Positions 14,918 through 24,597 of a DNA stretch of 52,279 bases are shown here, in pieces. Origin of the DNA: Nitrospinota bacterium (GTDB lineage: Bacteria; UBA8248); NCBI GenBank assembly GCA_009839615.1, contig VXPH01000012.1, forward strand, positions 1 through 52,279, given 5' to 3'. The notes below the pieces were generated by a model. It worked only from the letters and a program-made list of their open reading frames with translations. It made no database searches and had not been told where the DNA came from. The stretch's first letter is position 1. Every line of letters starts with the position of its first letter. Position numbers and translations under genes: made by a program.

Positions 14918-17273
14918 AATGGCTGCCTGGAAGACGGTGTTCGGCGCCGCGGGCGTGCTCGCCCTTTTGGGCATCCCCGTCGTTTTATGGATGCGCCATC
15001 GCGCCCTGCGGCGCGCCAGGGATTCGGCGCAGGAATGGGGCGGCGTTTGGGAAGGCAGGCCCGAAGGCGGCACGCCTGCCGGCTGGGAGGATGTTTCCTC
15101 GCGCTTCATCGACGATTTCATTCCTGACGTCGATGAAGAGAGGCAAGAAGCGGCGCAGAGCGGAAGCGTCCGGGAGGCAGCCGCCGATCCACCGGAATCT
15201 CTGGATGACGTAGAAGAAGGCGTGCGGGTCATCGAAGAGGAGAGGCGCGAGGTTCCCGGAGAGGATGAGGTCCTCCCCCCGGAAGCAGAAGGAGAGGCCC
15301 TTTCGGAAGATGAAGAAGAGCCTGCGCTTCCTTCGGATAAAGTGTCCGCCCCGGGGCAGAAGGCTCCCTGGTGGGAGGGATTATCCGCTCCCCTGGATGC
15401 GGAACGCCCTCACAAGGCGGATGAGTTGCCGGCCGCCGCCCTGGACGAGCCGCCCGGTTCACCGGCGCAAGTCGACAGCGAAACGCGGTTCGAGGATGCG
15501 ATCGACGATGAGGAGATTCTGGAGGCCGCTGAAGCGACCCCGGGCGTGAACGCCCCGCTGCGCATGCGGATTCCCGCCGTCACCGAGGTCCGCGACGACG
15601 CGGTTTCCGGCGACGATGCGCCTGCCGCTGATGAAGAGGAAGACGTCCTCCGCCTCGCGCATGAGGAGGAGGACGCGGCGGATGCGCCGGCGGAACCCGC
15701 GCATGAAGAGCGGGGGAATGGGGACGATGCGGTTTCGGGAACCGCGGACGAATCGCCGCTGGAACCACAACCCGAAGAACAAGAAGATGAGCCGCCGTCA
15801 TCTCAGCCCGAAGTTCTGCTTCTCGCGGAAGCTGAACCCGGTGAAGTTTCTCCCGATCCGCAAGCCCTTGAGCCTGAGGGGGCGCCTTCGACCCCGGAGC
15901 CGGAAGAAGAAGCCGCGGCGGCTGTTGGCGAGGAAGACGTCATTTCCCTCATTCAGCGCGAACGCGCCGAGGACGGCGTTCTTTCGCAAAGCGCCGCCTT
16001 GCAGGAAGAACCCGAGATGGCGGAAGACGCCGAGGCGCTTGATTTTCCTGCGGACGACGATGCGGAGGAACTCGTTCCCGACGAAGCGACGCCGCCCGCC
16101 GCCTCGCATGAGGCTCCGGCGAACACGCCCTCTGAATTGATCCGCGAACTCGTGGCGGATATTTGTCCGGAAGATTTGCTCCTGGCGGAAAACATGGAGC
16201 ACAAACTCCCCGCCTGGACGCCGGGCGTGGTGAACGCCGCCGGCATCGACCTCGGTCAGCGCGAGAGAAGCCGACAGATGCCGCCTTCCGAGGAATATCT
16301 GCGTCTGGCCATTCTCGAGATGATTCTGGGGCGCAACCAGGATGCGACGGAACACCTCAAGGAATCCTTGCGGCGCGCGAGTCGGCTCGCGCCCGTGCTC
16401 AACGCGCTGGCCGTGGCTTCTTATCTACGGGAAAAGGTGGAGCCTGCGATTTCCTATTCCCGCGAGGCGTTCCGCGAAGCGGGTCGGGATGTTCCGGTGC
16501 AGGCGGTGGTCTCCAGGAATATGGGGTATTTCTATCAGCGGAAGGGCGATGACGAGAAGGCGGCGGAATCCTACGAGAAGGCGCTCGTCTACCTCGGGCC
16601 GCAGGGAGGGCTTGAGCAGCTGTCCATCTTGCGCATGCGTGTCGGTCGGTTGTTCCGCCGTCTGGGGGATAGGGAGAAAGCCAGAGAACATCTTTCCGAG
16701 GCGGCGCACCTGTTCCACCGGTTGGGAGACAGGCGCAACGAGGCGCGGGCGCACACCGCGCTGGCCTCCGTCTTGACGGAGACGGGCGAGCACGAGGCGG
16801 CGCAGGTGAGCCTGGAAGACGCTCTGAACCTCTGCCAGAAGATCGAGGACAAGGCGGGCGAAGCCCTGGTGTACTCTCAAATGGGGGTGAGCTTTGCGGC
16901 GCAGGAGCAATTCACGCGCGCGCTTCGGTATTACGAGAACGCCTTGAGTCTGAATCGCGGACTCGAGAACAGGAAGGGCGAGGCGGCGAACCTGAGCGGC
17001 ATGGGGAACATTCACTATGCGCGGGGCGATTTGCCCGAAGCGCGCGAAGCATACGAGGCGGCCCTGGAGATCAACCGCGAACAGGGGAGCGTCCTCGCCC
17101 AGGGGGTAGTGCTCGGGAGCTTGGGCCGGGTGCATTTCGAGGGACGCGAACGGGAGGCCTCGCGCGAATGTTTGAGCGAGGCGCGACGCATCTTTCAGGA
17201 CCTCGGCGCAGCGGAAGCGCTCGAGGGCGTCATGGAGATGCTCCGGGCGCTGGAGGAGCGCGCCGATGCGTGA
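14910..17273 (+). CDS. Membrane-anchored protein with ~400-aa polyacidic linker and C-terminal TPR array
   Basis: ATG 14910 overlaps the D-aminoacylase stop (ATGCTTGA), with GGGAGA upstream. One N-terminal TM (AAWKTVFGAAGVLALLGIPVVLWM), a long E/D/A/P-rich region, then ~8 TPR-like repeats (e.g. ALVYSQMGVSFAAQEQFTRALRYYENAL). Confidence 0.8.
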   Translation: MLEMAAWKTVFGAAGVLALLGIPVVLWMRHRALRRARDSAQEWGGVWEGRPEGGTPAGWEDVSSRFIDDFIPDVDEERQEAAQSGSVREAAADPPESLDDVEEGVRVIEEERREVPGEDEVLPPEAEGEALSEDEEEPALPSDKVSAPGQKAPWWEGLSAPLDAERPHKADELPAAALDEPPGSPAQVDSETRFEDAIDDEEILEAAEATPGVNAPLRMRIPAVTEVRDDAVSGDDAPAADEEEDVLRLAHEEEDAADAPAEPAHEERGNGDDAVSGTADESPLEPQPEEQEDEPPSSQPEVLLLAEAEPGEVSPDPQALEPEGAPSTPEPEEEAAAAVGEEDVISLIQRERAEDGVLSQSAALQEEPEMAEDAEALDFPADDDAEELVPDEATPPAASHEAPANTPSELIRELVADICPEDLLLAENMEHKLPAWTPGVVNAAGIDLGQRERSRQMPPSEEYLRLAILEMILGRNQDATEHLKESLRRASRLAPVLNALAVASYLREKVEPAISYSREAFREAGRDVPVQAVVSRNMGYFYQRKGDDEKAAESYEKALVYLGPQGGLEQLSILRMRVGRLFRRLGDREKAREHLSEAAHLFHRLGDRRNEARAHTALASVLTETGEHEAAQVSLEDALNLCQKIEDKAGEALVYSQMGVSFAAQEQFTRALRYYENALSLNRGLENRKGEAANLSGMGNIHYARGDLPEAREAYEAALEINREQGSVLAQGVVLGSLGRVHFEGREREASRECLSEARRIFQDLGAAEALEGVMEMLRALEERADA

Positions 17274-17282
17274 TGGCGATAT

Positions 17283-18470
17283 TTACGGCGAGTTTTCGTC
17301 CAGCGCGAATTTTTCGAGCAGCCTGCCGTAGACGCGCGCGGCTTTTTTCAGCGAATCGATTTCGATGAATTCATCGGGCGTGTGGGCCTGCTCGATGTTT
17401 CCCGGACCCAGGAGAAAGCAGTTGCGGCTCCCGGTCTGGGCCGCGGCCATGCCTGCGTCCGAATAATAGCTCACCCCCGCGGGCTCAGGCTCTGCGCCCA
17501 GGATTTCTTTTAAAGTCTCGAAAATGAGTCTCGCGCCGGCGCCCCCGGTGTCCGCCGTCACGGGCGGGCGGTCCGCAATGGTGGCGCGCAGGGAGAATTC
17601 GACCCCGTTCACCCGCTCGCAAGCCTCGGCGGCTTTCTCGTGAATGATCTGCTGGATGTCCCCCGTCCGCAGGGGCGGGACGAAGCGTGAGTCTATCTGC
17701 ATCGCGCATCTCTCCGACACCACGTTGGTCTTGTGGCCTCCCTCGATGATGCTGGTGACCATGGTGCATCGCCCCAGCAGGGGGTCTTCGTAGGGCAGTT
17801 TCGCCACCGCTTCCTGGAGGGCCACTACGGCGCGGGATGCGGCGTGAATCGCGTCCGCGCCCATGTGAGGCGCCGCGGCGTGGGCGCTCTTTCCATGGAA
17901 GACGAGTTCGAACCACATGGCGCCTTTTTGCGCCGTCACCAGGGCGAGTTCAGTCGGCTCGCAGGAGATCACGATGTCCTCCGCATTGATGTGTCCGTGC
18001 GCGATGGCCGCCTCGGTGCCGGTCATGACGCCGCTTTCCTCATCCACCACCATGCAGCAGCGAACCGTTCCTCTCGCCTTTGCGCCGCCGTCGATTCGTA
18101 ATTTAAGGTTCTCCATAGCGGCCAGGCCGGCGGCGATGCCGCCCTTCATGTCGCAGCTTCCCCGGCCCCAGATTTTCCCCTCCTCCTCGGTCGGGTGAAA
18201 CGGATCGCGCGACCAGCCTTCGCCCGCCGGTACGGTATCCATGTGGTTGAGAAAGACGAGGGCGGGGCCGCTTCCTGTGCCCGTGATCTCCGCGGTCACG
18301 TTCTCACGCCTCTCAGCGACGCGCTCGCGCATAACCTCGAGCCCGATGTCCCGGAAAAACGCCTCCATCCGGTCCGCCATGGCGAACTCATCCCCCGTGG
18401 GGTTCTCGCTGGGAATCGCGATCAACTCCTTGGTGAGTGAGACGGCTTGCGCCTCGATGGCCGCATCCAC
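17283..18470 (-). CDS. M20-family metallo-deacylase/peptidase (ArgE/DapE type)
   Basis: LNHMDTVPAG and GRGSCDMKGG motifs. GTG start with AGGAGA RBS. Confidence 0.85.
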   Translation of the reverse strand: MDAAIEAQAVSLTKELIAIPSENPTGDEFAMADRMEAFFRDIGLEVMRERVAERRENVTAEITGTGSGPALVFLNHMDTVPAGEGWSRDPFHPTEEEGKIWGRGSCDMKGGIAAGLAAMENLKLRIDGGAKARGTVRCCMVVDEESGVMTGTEAAIAHGHINAEDIVISCEPTELALVTAQKGAMWFELVFHGKSAHAAAPHMGADAIHAASRAVVALQEAVAKLPYEDPLLGRCTMVTSIIEGGHKTNVVSERCAMQIDSRFVPPLRTGDIQQIIHEKAAEACERVNGVEFSLRATIADRPPVTADTGGAGARLIFETLKEILGAEPEPAGVSYYSDAGMAAAQTGSRNCFLLGPGNIEQAHTPDEFIEIDSLKKAARVYGRLLEKFALDENSP

Positions 18471-18542
18471 GTTTTATCTCCTGATGGTTGAGAGTCGAGA
18501 GCACATGATGCCGCATCTTGCGTCGTTTGTGTATTCGCCGCC

Positions 18543-19757
18543 TCACGCGGAATCGAGGAAGCGCCTCATCAGGGAAGCGAAATTCCGCCCCGGCGTGATG
18601 TTCCCGAGGCATACGGCTTCTTTCGCGCCCGTGACGCCCGGAAGGTTGTTCTCCTGTCCGGTGAGCGTACCCCACGCCAGCAGGGCGAAACAGACGGCCT
18701 CGACGGTGCCGGGCGAGACGCCCCGCGCGTCGCTTTCGATAAGCGGGAGATCGCCCAGGGCTTCGCGCAGGCGACGCATGAGGGTCTTGTTGTGGACGCC
18801 GCCGCCGCCGACCACAACCTCGGCGAGCGGGGGGTCGGTCGGGAGGAAATCCCGAATCGCATCCGCAACGCACGAAGCGGAAAAGGCGGTGAGGGTGGCG
18901 ATGGCGTCTTTGAGATCTCCTCCGCGCGAGACGATGCCTTCTATGGTCTCATCGACGAACGCCTCGCCGAACGTCTCCCTGCCCGTGCTTTTGGGCGGTT
19001 TTCGTTCGAGGTAGAGGTGCCGGCGGAGTTCGGCCAGGGTATCGGGGCATACGCGGCCCGCCGCCGCCAGGCCGCCGTCCGCGTCGTGGGTTTTCTCCCC
19101 GTTCGTGATCCGCCCCGCGAGAGCGTCGAGCGGCATGTTCGCGGGTCCGCAATCGAAGCCGAAAACGCCCCCTGCTCCCAAGGGAGGGAGATAGGTGATG
19201 TTCGAGATGCCGCCCAGGTTCAAGAAGGCGGAGGCGGCGGATTCGCGGCTGAAGAGAATCCGGTGCGCCCAGGGGGTCAGGGGAGCGCCCGCGCCGCCCG
19301 CGGCTACGTCGCGCGCTCTGAAATCGCTGACGCAGGTGATTCCCGTGCGCGCGGCGATGAAGGCGGGGTCGCCAATCTGAAGGGTGGAGGGGAGCAGCGG
19401 CCCGCGCGCTCCCTCCGCGCCTTCGGGCAGATGGCGCACCGTCTGGCCGTGGCTGCCGATGAAGTCGATTTTTTCAAGCCGGACGCCGGAGCGCGACGCT
19501 ACTTCGAGCGCGGCCGATGCGAAGGCTTCGCCCACCTCCCGGTGCAGGGAGCATATCTCGTCCGTCAGGACGCCCGCCTCGCCCCCGGCGAGCAGGAGCC
19601 GTTCTCTTAAGTCCCTCGGGTAGGGAGCGGCGAGAAAGCCCATGGTTTCGGCTTGCGCCCGCGCGCCCGGGAGAATCCGCACCAGGGCGGCGTCCACGCC
19701 ATCGGCGGAGGTTCCCGACATCAGGCCGATGGCCATGAGAGAGCCGGTGCTGCTCAT
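18543..19757 (-). CDS. anmK: Anhydro-N-acetylmuramic acid kinase
   Basis: GLMSGTSADGVD N-terminal motif and full-length AnmK-like layout. ATG 19757 overlaps the slt stop (ATGA). The ORF-track extension to 19919 is rejected. Confidence 0.9.
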   Translation of the reverse strand: MSSTGSLMAIGLMSGTSADGVDAALVRILPGARAQAETMGFLAAPYPRDLRERLLLAGGEAGVLTDEICSLHREVGEAFASAALEVASRSGVRLEKIDFIGSHGQTVRHLPEGAEGARGPLLPSTLQIGDPAFIAARTGITCVSDFRARDVAAGGAGAPLTPWAHRILFSRESAASAFLNLGGISNITYLPPLGAGGVFGFDCGPANMPLDALAGRITNGEKTHDADGGLAAAGRVCPDTLAELRRHLYLERKPPKSTGRETFGEAFVDETIEGIVSRGGDLKDAIATLTAFSASCVADAIRDFLPTDPPLAEVVVGGGGVHNKTLMRRLREALGDLPLIESDARGVSPGTVEAVCFALLAWGTLTGQENNLPGVTGAKEAVCLGNITPGRNFASLMRRFLDSA

Positions 19758-22039
19758 GAGGGGGGCGTTCCCCCCCGTTTCGAGCGTTTCGCCTCCCCGT
19801 AGATTCTCTTGTATTCGTGGTAGTAGCCCAGAACCCTTTTCACGTAGTTTTTCGTTTCCTGGTAGGGAATTTCCTCGATGAAGATTTCTATCGGTTTGTT
19901 GCGTCCGGCCTCCCACCATCTTTTGACGGGTCTTCGGCCCGCGTTGTAGCTCGCTATCGCGGGGACGAGCGCGCCGCCGAACTCGCGGATGAGCGCGCCC
20001 AGATGCCTCGCGCCCAGGCGGGTGTTGATCTTCGGGTCGAACAGGTCGCTCACGGACTTGATGCGGATTTTGTGTTTCCTCGCGAGCCTGCGCCCGGTCG
20101 ACGGCATGAGCTGCATCAGCCCCATCGCGCCGGCGGGGGAGAACGCGCGGATGTCGAAAGCGCTCTCCGCCCGGATGACGGCGTTCACCAGATAAGGGTC
20201 CGCTCCTCCGGGCTCTTTGTGTTTGATGGCGAGGGGGTAGACGATTTCCCAGAACTCCTTCGGCAGGTCGCTCCCACCTGCGCGCACAGCGTCCCAGAAA
20301 GATTCGTTAATGAGGTAAATCGCGCGGTGGCTCTGGCCCGCCGCCGTGAAGGAGCGCGCCGCGTGGTAGCGCGAATACGGCGATGCGCCGAGGCGGCGGT
20401 ATTCCTTGGCGGCGAGTTCATGAAAACCCATGGAGGCGAGCAGCGCGGCCGCCTCTCGAACCGGAGCGCTTTTGGGTGGTGGCCGCATCCATTTCCGGTA
20501 GCCGGCTTCTCCCGGAGGAGTCGGTGCTGACGCGCTGGAATCTCCCGCGCGCGCGAGACGGCCGATGGCCCGCAGGGCGAGTTGTCCGTAATAGCGGTGG
20601 CGGTGTCCCCGGGCGCAGTCGCGGTAGAGGGCGAGAGCGCTCTTTCGCTCCCCCGTTCTTTCCGCCGAGGCGGCGGCCCAGTAGAGGGCGGAGGAGACGA
20701 GCCAGTGGTCGGGATATTTGGCCTTCATCCGGGAGAATGCTTTGTGTGCGCCTCGAAAGTCTCTGGATTGAAAGCGAAGCCAGGCGAGTTGGAACAGCGC
20801 CTTGGGCGCCAGCGATGAGCGCGGGTGTTTGGCGATCACCTTCTTGTAATAGCGCGCGGACTTTTTGTAGTTGCGGTCGTCCTCATATACGCGGGCGAGG
20901 AGGTAGCGCGTCTTCGCCGCCCATTTCCCCTTCTGCGTCTCCTGGAGCAGGCGATGCGCCTGTTTCTCGAAGGCGGGCTGGTTTCCTTTTCGCAGGTGGT
21001 TTCTGGCCAGGAAGTAACGCGCCTCCGCCCGCTGGGCGCTGCCTGCGGTGTAATGTCTGATGGCGTGCCTGAGCGCGGGGTCGGCCTGTTTCGTTTGGCG
21101 CAGGGAAAACAGCGCGAGCGCTTCATTGAAGACGATGCCCTTGTGGTAGTGGGTGTGGGCGTAGAATTTCGGGAACAGGCGCTTCAGGTCCCGAATCCCT
21201 CTCAACGCCTTTTCGAAGTGGTAGCGCTTTCTGAGGAGTCTGGCGCGTTCGTAGTGGTCCCTGGGTCCCGGTTTCTTGAGCGGCGGTGAGAGGGCGGCGC
21301 CGATTCTCAGCGAGCGTCTGAGCGCCCGCCGCGCGCCCAGGTGCTCCGGATGCCGCCGCCACAACGCCCGAAATGCGAGCGCGGCCTGCTTGTTCCGCCT
21401 TGCGGCGCGGAGCGCCTTGGCGCGCCTGAGCAGAAAATCGGGCGCCTCGTAGCTTTTCGGGAACAGGAGGAGGTAGCGATTGGCGACCTTTGCCGCGCTC
21501 AGGGGCCGCTTCTCCTCCCGGTGGATGCGTATCAACTCCTTGTAGACGAAGGGAGGTTCGGGAGTTTTCTTTCCTTTTTTGACGAGTCTTTCGAGGGCGC
21601 GCCGGGCGACGGCGTTGTCTTTCGCTCCGATCGCGGCTTTTGCCAGAAACAGGAGCGAGTAGTTCTCGAGCGCGGGAATCTGCTCGAGCGCTTTTTGGAA
21701 CGCCTTGACCGCCGGACGGTACTGCTCGAGCTTCAGGTGGGCGTGTCCGAGCAAGAAAGAACGCCTGCCGCCCAGGTCCGTTGTTCCCCGACGCAGCAGC
21801 CCGATGAGTTTCTCGTATCGCTCCTTCGCGAGGAGGGTTTCGACCCTGGGGGGCAGGGCGGGGCGCGCGGCTTCGTTACCGAGCGGCGGCTTCGTGGTGC
21901 GCGCGGCGCCCGGCTTGCTCGTGGATGGCGGCGGCGCTTTCGGTGCGGGCCATGCGTTCGTCGATAGTAGAAGGATGCCGATGGCGGCGATGATGGGGGA
22001 TCGCAGCTTCGTGACGATTTTCCGATTGTTGATTTTCAT
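19754..22039 (-). CDS. slt: Soluble lytic murein transglycosylase (Slt70-like)
   Basis: Signal peptide, a long alpha-superhelical TPR-like N-domain, and a C-terminal SLT domain with catalytic ES (AVIRAESAF...GAMGLMQLMPST). The ATG overlaps the stop of the upstream M20D gene (ATGA). Confidence 0.85.
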   Translation of the reverse strand: MKINNRKIVTKLRSPIIAAIGILLLSTNAWPAPKAPPPSTSKPGAARTTKPPLGNEAARPALPPRVETLLAKERYEKLIGLLRRGTTDLGGRRSFLLGHAHLKLEQYRPAVKAFQKALEQIPALENYSLLFLAKAAIGAKDNAVARRALERLVKKGKKTPEPPFVYKELIRIHREEKRPLSAAKVANRYLLLFPKSYEAPDFLLRRAKALRAARRNKQAALAFRALWRRHPEHLGARRALRRSLRIGAALSPPLKKPGPRDHYERARLLRKRYHFEKALRGIRDLKRLFPKFYAHTHYHKGIVFNEALALFSLRQTKQADPALRHAIRHYTAGSAQRAEARYFLARNHLRKGNQPAFEKQAHRLLQETQKGKWAAKTRYLLARVYEDDRNYKKSARYYKKVIAKHPRSSLAPKALFQLAWLRFQSRDFRGAHKAFSRMKAKYPDHWLVSSALYWAAASAERTGERKSALALYRDCARGHRHRYYGQLALRAIGRLARAGDSSASAPTPPGEAGYRKWMRPPPKSAPVREAAALLASMGFHELAAKEYRRLGASPYSRYHAARSFTAAGQSHRAIYLINESFWDAVRAGGSDLPKEFWEIVYPLAIKHKEPGGADPYLVNAVIRAESAFDIRAFSPAGAMGLMQLMPSTGRRLARKHKIRIKSVSDLFDPKINTRLGARHLGALIREFGGALVPAIASYNAGRRPVKRWWEAGRNKPIEIFIEEIPYQETKNYVKRVLGYYHEYKRIYGEAKRSKRGGTPPS

Positions 22040-23220
22040 GCCTCCTGGTTCTCGAATTCGGTCTGAACGGCCCGGCGCGCTCCTTCATCGAGAAGAAAGT
22101 CCACCCCGGTCATCGCCAGCGCCTTGGCGCCGGTGAGCAGGACGCGCCTGCCCTCCGCACCCGCCGATGCTTCGGCGAACTCGGGCGTATGCGCGGAGAC
22201 GCCGGACGGAACCATCTGGATTTGCGGATGAATGGTGGGCGTTTGCTGGCTCACGTTTCCCACGTCGGAGGATCCCATCCGCAGGGGCGGCGGGGCGTCG
22301 GGTTCATGAACGCCGAGCCGGTTCAGGTTTTTCAGGAACAACGAAGCCAGAGGCGGGTTGGCCCGCATGGGGGCGTAGGTGATGGGGGTTTTCTCCGTCT
22401 CGAGTTCCGCCCCCGTCGCCAGGGCCGCCCCTTCCGCGCAGGCGATGACCCGCGGCACCAGCGCATCGAGCCCCTCCGTAGTTTCGCTCCTCACGAAAAA
22501 CCATGCGGAGGCCTTGTCGGGGATGATGTTGGGCGCCTCCCCGCCTTCGGTGATGACGCCGTGCACGCGATCGCCTTGGGGGAGTTGCTGGCGAAGCAGG
22601 GAGACGGCATTGAAGGTGGCGATGAGGGCGTCGAGCGCGTTGACGCCTCTCTCGGGCGCCGCGGAGGCGTGGGCGGCGCGTCCCCTGAAATGGAAACGAA
22701 GCTCCGAGAGCGCGAGAAGATTGATCTCGGCCCTGGTCTCGTCCGACGGGTGCATCATCATGGCGGCGCCCACCTTCCGGAACATGCCGGTTTGCGCCAT
22801 CAGCACCTTGCCGCCGCCCCCCTCTTCTCCAGGCGTGCCGAAAACGGTGACGCCTCCGTATTCGGGACCGAGCGCTTCTTTGAGCGCGACGCCGGCGGCT
22901 GCGCCGGCGACCCCGATGACGTTGTGGGCGCATGCGTGCCCGAGGCCGGGCAGCGCGTCGTATTCCGAGAGAAACGATACGGATGGTTTTTGCTCATCCA
23001 CGGCGGGCCTGTCCGCGCGGAACGCGGTGGGCAGGTTCGCCACGCCCCGGGTGAGGGTGAATCCGTTATTCTCCAAATATGCGCACAGGCGCTCGGCCGC
23101 GCGGTGTTCTTCGAGGCTCAGTTCCGGGTCTGCGTGAATCGCGAGGGAAAGCGCCCACAGTGCATCCGCCTCATCGTCGATGCGCTTCGATATGGCGGTT
23201 TTTGCCTCGTGAATATCCAC
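22036..23220 (-). CDS. M20D-type amidohydrolase/peptidase
   Basis: 394 aa with the amidohydrolase (M20D/AbgB/PM20D2-like) pattern: EYDALPGLGHACAHN, FGTPGEEGGGGK. GTG start. Confidence 0.8.
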   Translation of the reverse strand: MDIHEAKTAISKRIDDEADALWALSLAIHADPELSLEEHRAAERLCAYLENNGFTLTRGVANLPTAFRADRPAVDEQKPSVSFLSEYDALPGLGHACAHNVIGVAGAAAGVALKEALGPEYGGVTVFGTPGEEGGGGKVLMAQTGMFRKVGAAMMMHPSDETRAEINLLALSELRFHFRGRAAHASAAPERGVNALDALIATFNAVSLLRQQLPQGDRVHGVITEGGEAPNIIPDKASAWFFVRSETTEGLDALVPRVIACAEGAALATGAELETEKTPITYAPMRANPPLASLFLKNLNRLGVHEPDAPPPLRMGSSDVGNVSQQTPTIHPQIQMVPSGVSAHTPEFAEASAGAEGRRVLLTGAKALAMTGVDFLLDEGARRAVQTEFENQEA

Positions 23221-23306
23221 TCAGGCTACGTCTCCAAGGGTGGGCGGAGGCTCATTATCACCAGCCTTTCGAGGAGATGTCAACGATTTGCGTCGACCCG
23301 TTTGGA

Positions 23307-23336
23307 TTGACGAGTACCGGTGAAAGGGGGGATACT
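23307..23336 (+). promoter_or_regulatory. Putative sigma70 promoter for the tol-pal cluster
   Basis: TTGACG-N18-GATACT, ~30 nt upstream of the AGGAGGAG RBS of tolQ. Confidence 0.3.
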
Positions 23337-23364
23337 GCGGACTCCGCCCAGGAGGAGAATCGCC

Positions 23365-24126
23365 TTGCTTCCGTTTTTGGCCGCGGCCGCCTTGCCGGCG
23401 GGAGATTCCGCGCCGCTCGCACCGCTTCAAGAAGAAATGGACGTCATCACCCTCGCCACCCAATCGGGCGGAATGGTGTTTTTCGTTCTGCTGGTGCTCG
23501 TGTTTTTCTCGCTTTCTTCATGGGCCATCATCATCTGGAAGTTTTGGGAGCTTCGGGGCGCTCGGCGGCGCTCGGCGATGTTCGTCGATGCGTTTTGGCG
23601 CTCCAAGCGCCTCGACAGGCTTTACGCGGAACTCGACGAGCGCGAGAGCAGCCCCGTGGGCGAGGTGTTCGCCGCGGGCTACCAGGAAGCCGAGCAGGTG
23701 CTGAAAACGCGCGCTCGGGAGGGGGAGGAGGATTCGAGCGTTCTCACCTCGGAAATGACGGGGGTGGAGAGCGTCGAGCGCGCGCTGCGGCGCGCCGCGA
23801 ACGAGCAGGTGAGCAGGCTCGAGCGCATGCTGACCTTTCTGGCCACCACGGCGAGCGCCACGCCGTTCATCGGGCTTTTCGGCACGGTGTGGGGCATCAT
23901 GAATTCGTTTCGCGAGATTGGCGCCAGGGGTTCCGCCGGGCTCGCCGTCGTCGCACCGGGCATCAGCGAGGCGCTCATCGCCACGGCGCTCGGGCTGCTG
24001 GCGGCCATTCCCGCCGTGATCGCCTATAATCACTACCAGGGCCGCGTGAAGGTGATCGCGGATGAAATCGAAAACTTTACGGCGGATTTCCTCAACCTGG
24101 TCGACCGCCATTTCATGCGATTGTGA
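23365..24126 (+). CDS. tolQ: Tol-Pal system protein TolQ (MotA/TolQ/ExbB family)
   Basis: Three-TM MotA/ExbB pattern (ATTASATPFIGLFGTVWGIMNSF), followed by tolR, tolA, tolB, pal and cpoB. Preferred start is TTG 23365, 8 nt after AGGAGGAG; alternatives are 23320 and 23437. Confidence 0.85.
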   Translation: MLPFLAAAALPAGDSAPLAPLQEEMDVITLATQSGGMVFFVLLVLVFFSLSSWAIIIWKFWELRGARRRSAMFVDAFWRSKRLDRLYAELDERESSPVGEVFAAGYQEAEQVLKTRAREGEEDSSVLTSEMTGVESVERALRRAANEQVSRLERMLTFLATTASATPFIGLFGTVWGIMNSFREIGARGSAGLAVVAPGISEALIATALGLLAAIPAVIAYNHYQGRVKVIADEIENFTADFLNLVDRHFMRL

Positions 24127-24141
24127 CGAACGGAGCTTCCC

Positions 24142-24582
24142 GTGGCCGTTAAGCTGAACCGTGGTTCGAGCATCTCGGACATCAACGTCACGCCGCTCGT
24201 GGACGTGATGCTGGTGTTGCTGGTGATTTTCATGGTCACGGCGCCCCTGCTGGAGACGCAGAACCAGGCCGTGAACGTGGATTTGCCGCAGGTGCAGGCG
24301 GCGAAGGCGAACGTGGCCGAGGATGCCATCGTCATCACGTTGGACAAAAAACGCGACATGTATATAAATGACAATCTGCAGGTCGCCTCTGAACTGAAGG
24401 AGAAGCTCATGGTGCTCTTCAAGGACAGGAGGCGCAAGGAAATCTTTCTCAGGGCGGACCGCGCGGTTCCTTATGGTGAAGTGGTGAAGGTCATGGCCAT
24501 CATTCGCGCGGCGGGCATCAACCGCCTCAACATGGTGACCGACCCCCTGGAATCCTCTCGGGGCGGGCGGCGCAGACGCTGA
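24142..24582 (+). CDS. tolR: Tol-Pal system protein TolR (ExbD/TolR family)
   Basis: INVTPLVDVMLVLLVIFMV TM segment with the conserved Asp; ExbD-like periplasmic domain. Confidence 0.9.
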   Translation: MAVKLNRGSSISDINVTPLVDVMLVLLVIFMVTAPLLETQNQAVNVDLPQVQAAKANVAEDAIVITLDKKRDMYINDNLQVASELKEKLMVLFKDRRRKEIFLRADRAVPYGEVVKVMAIIRAAGINRLNMVTDPLESSRGGRRRR

Positions 24583-24597
24583 AAAGTCAATGGCCCC

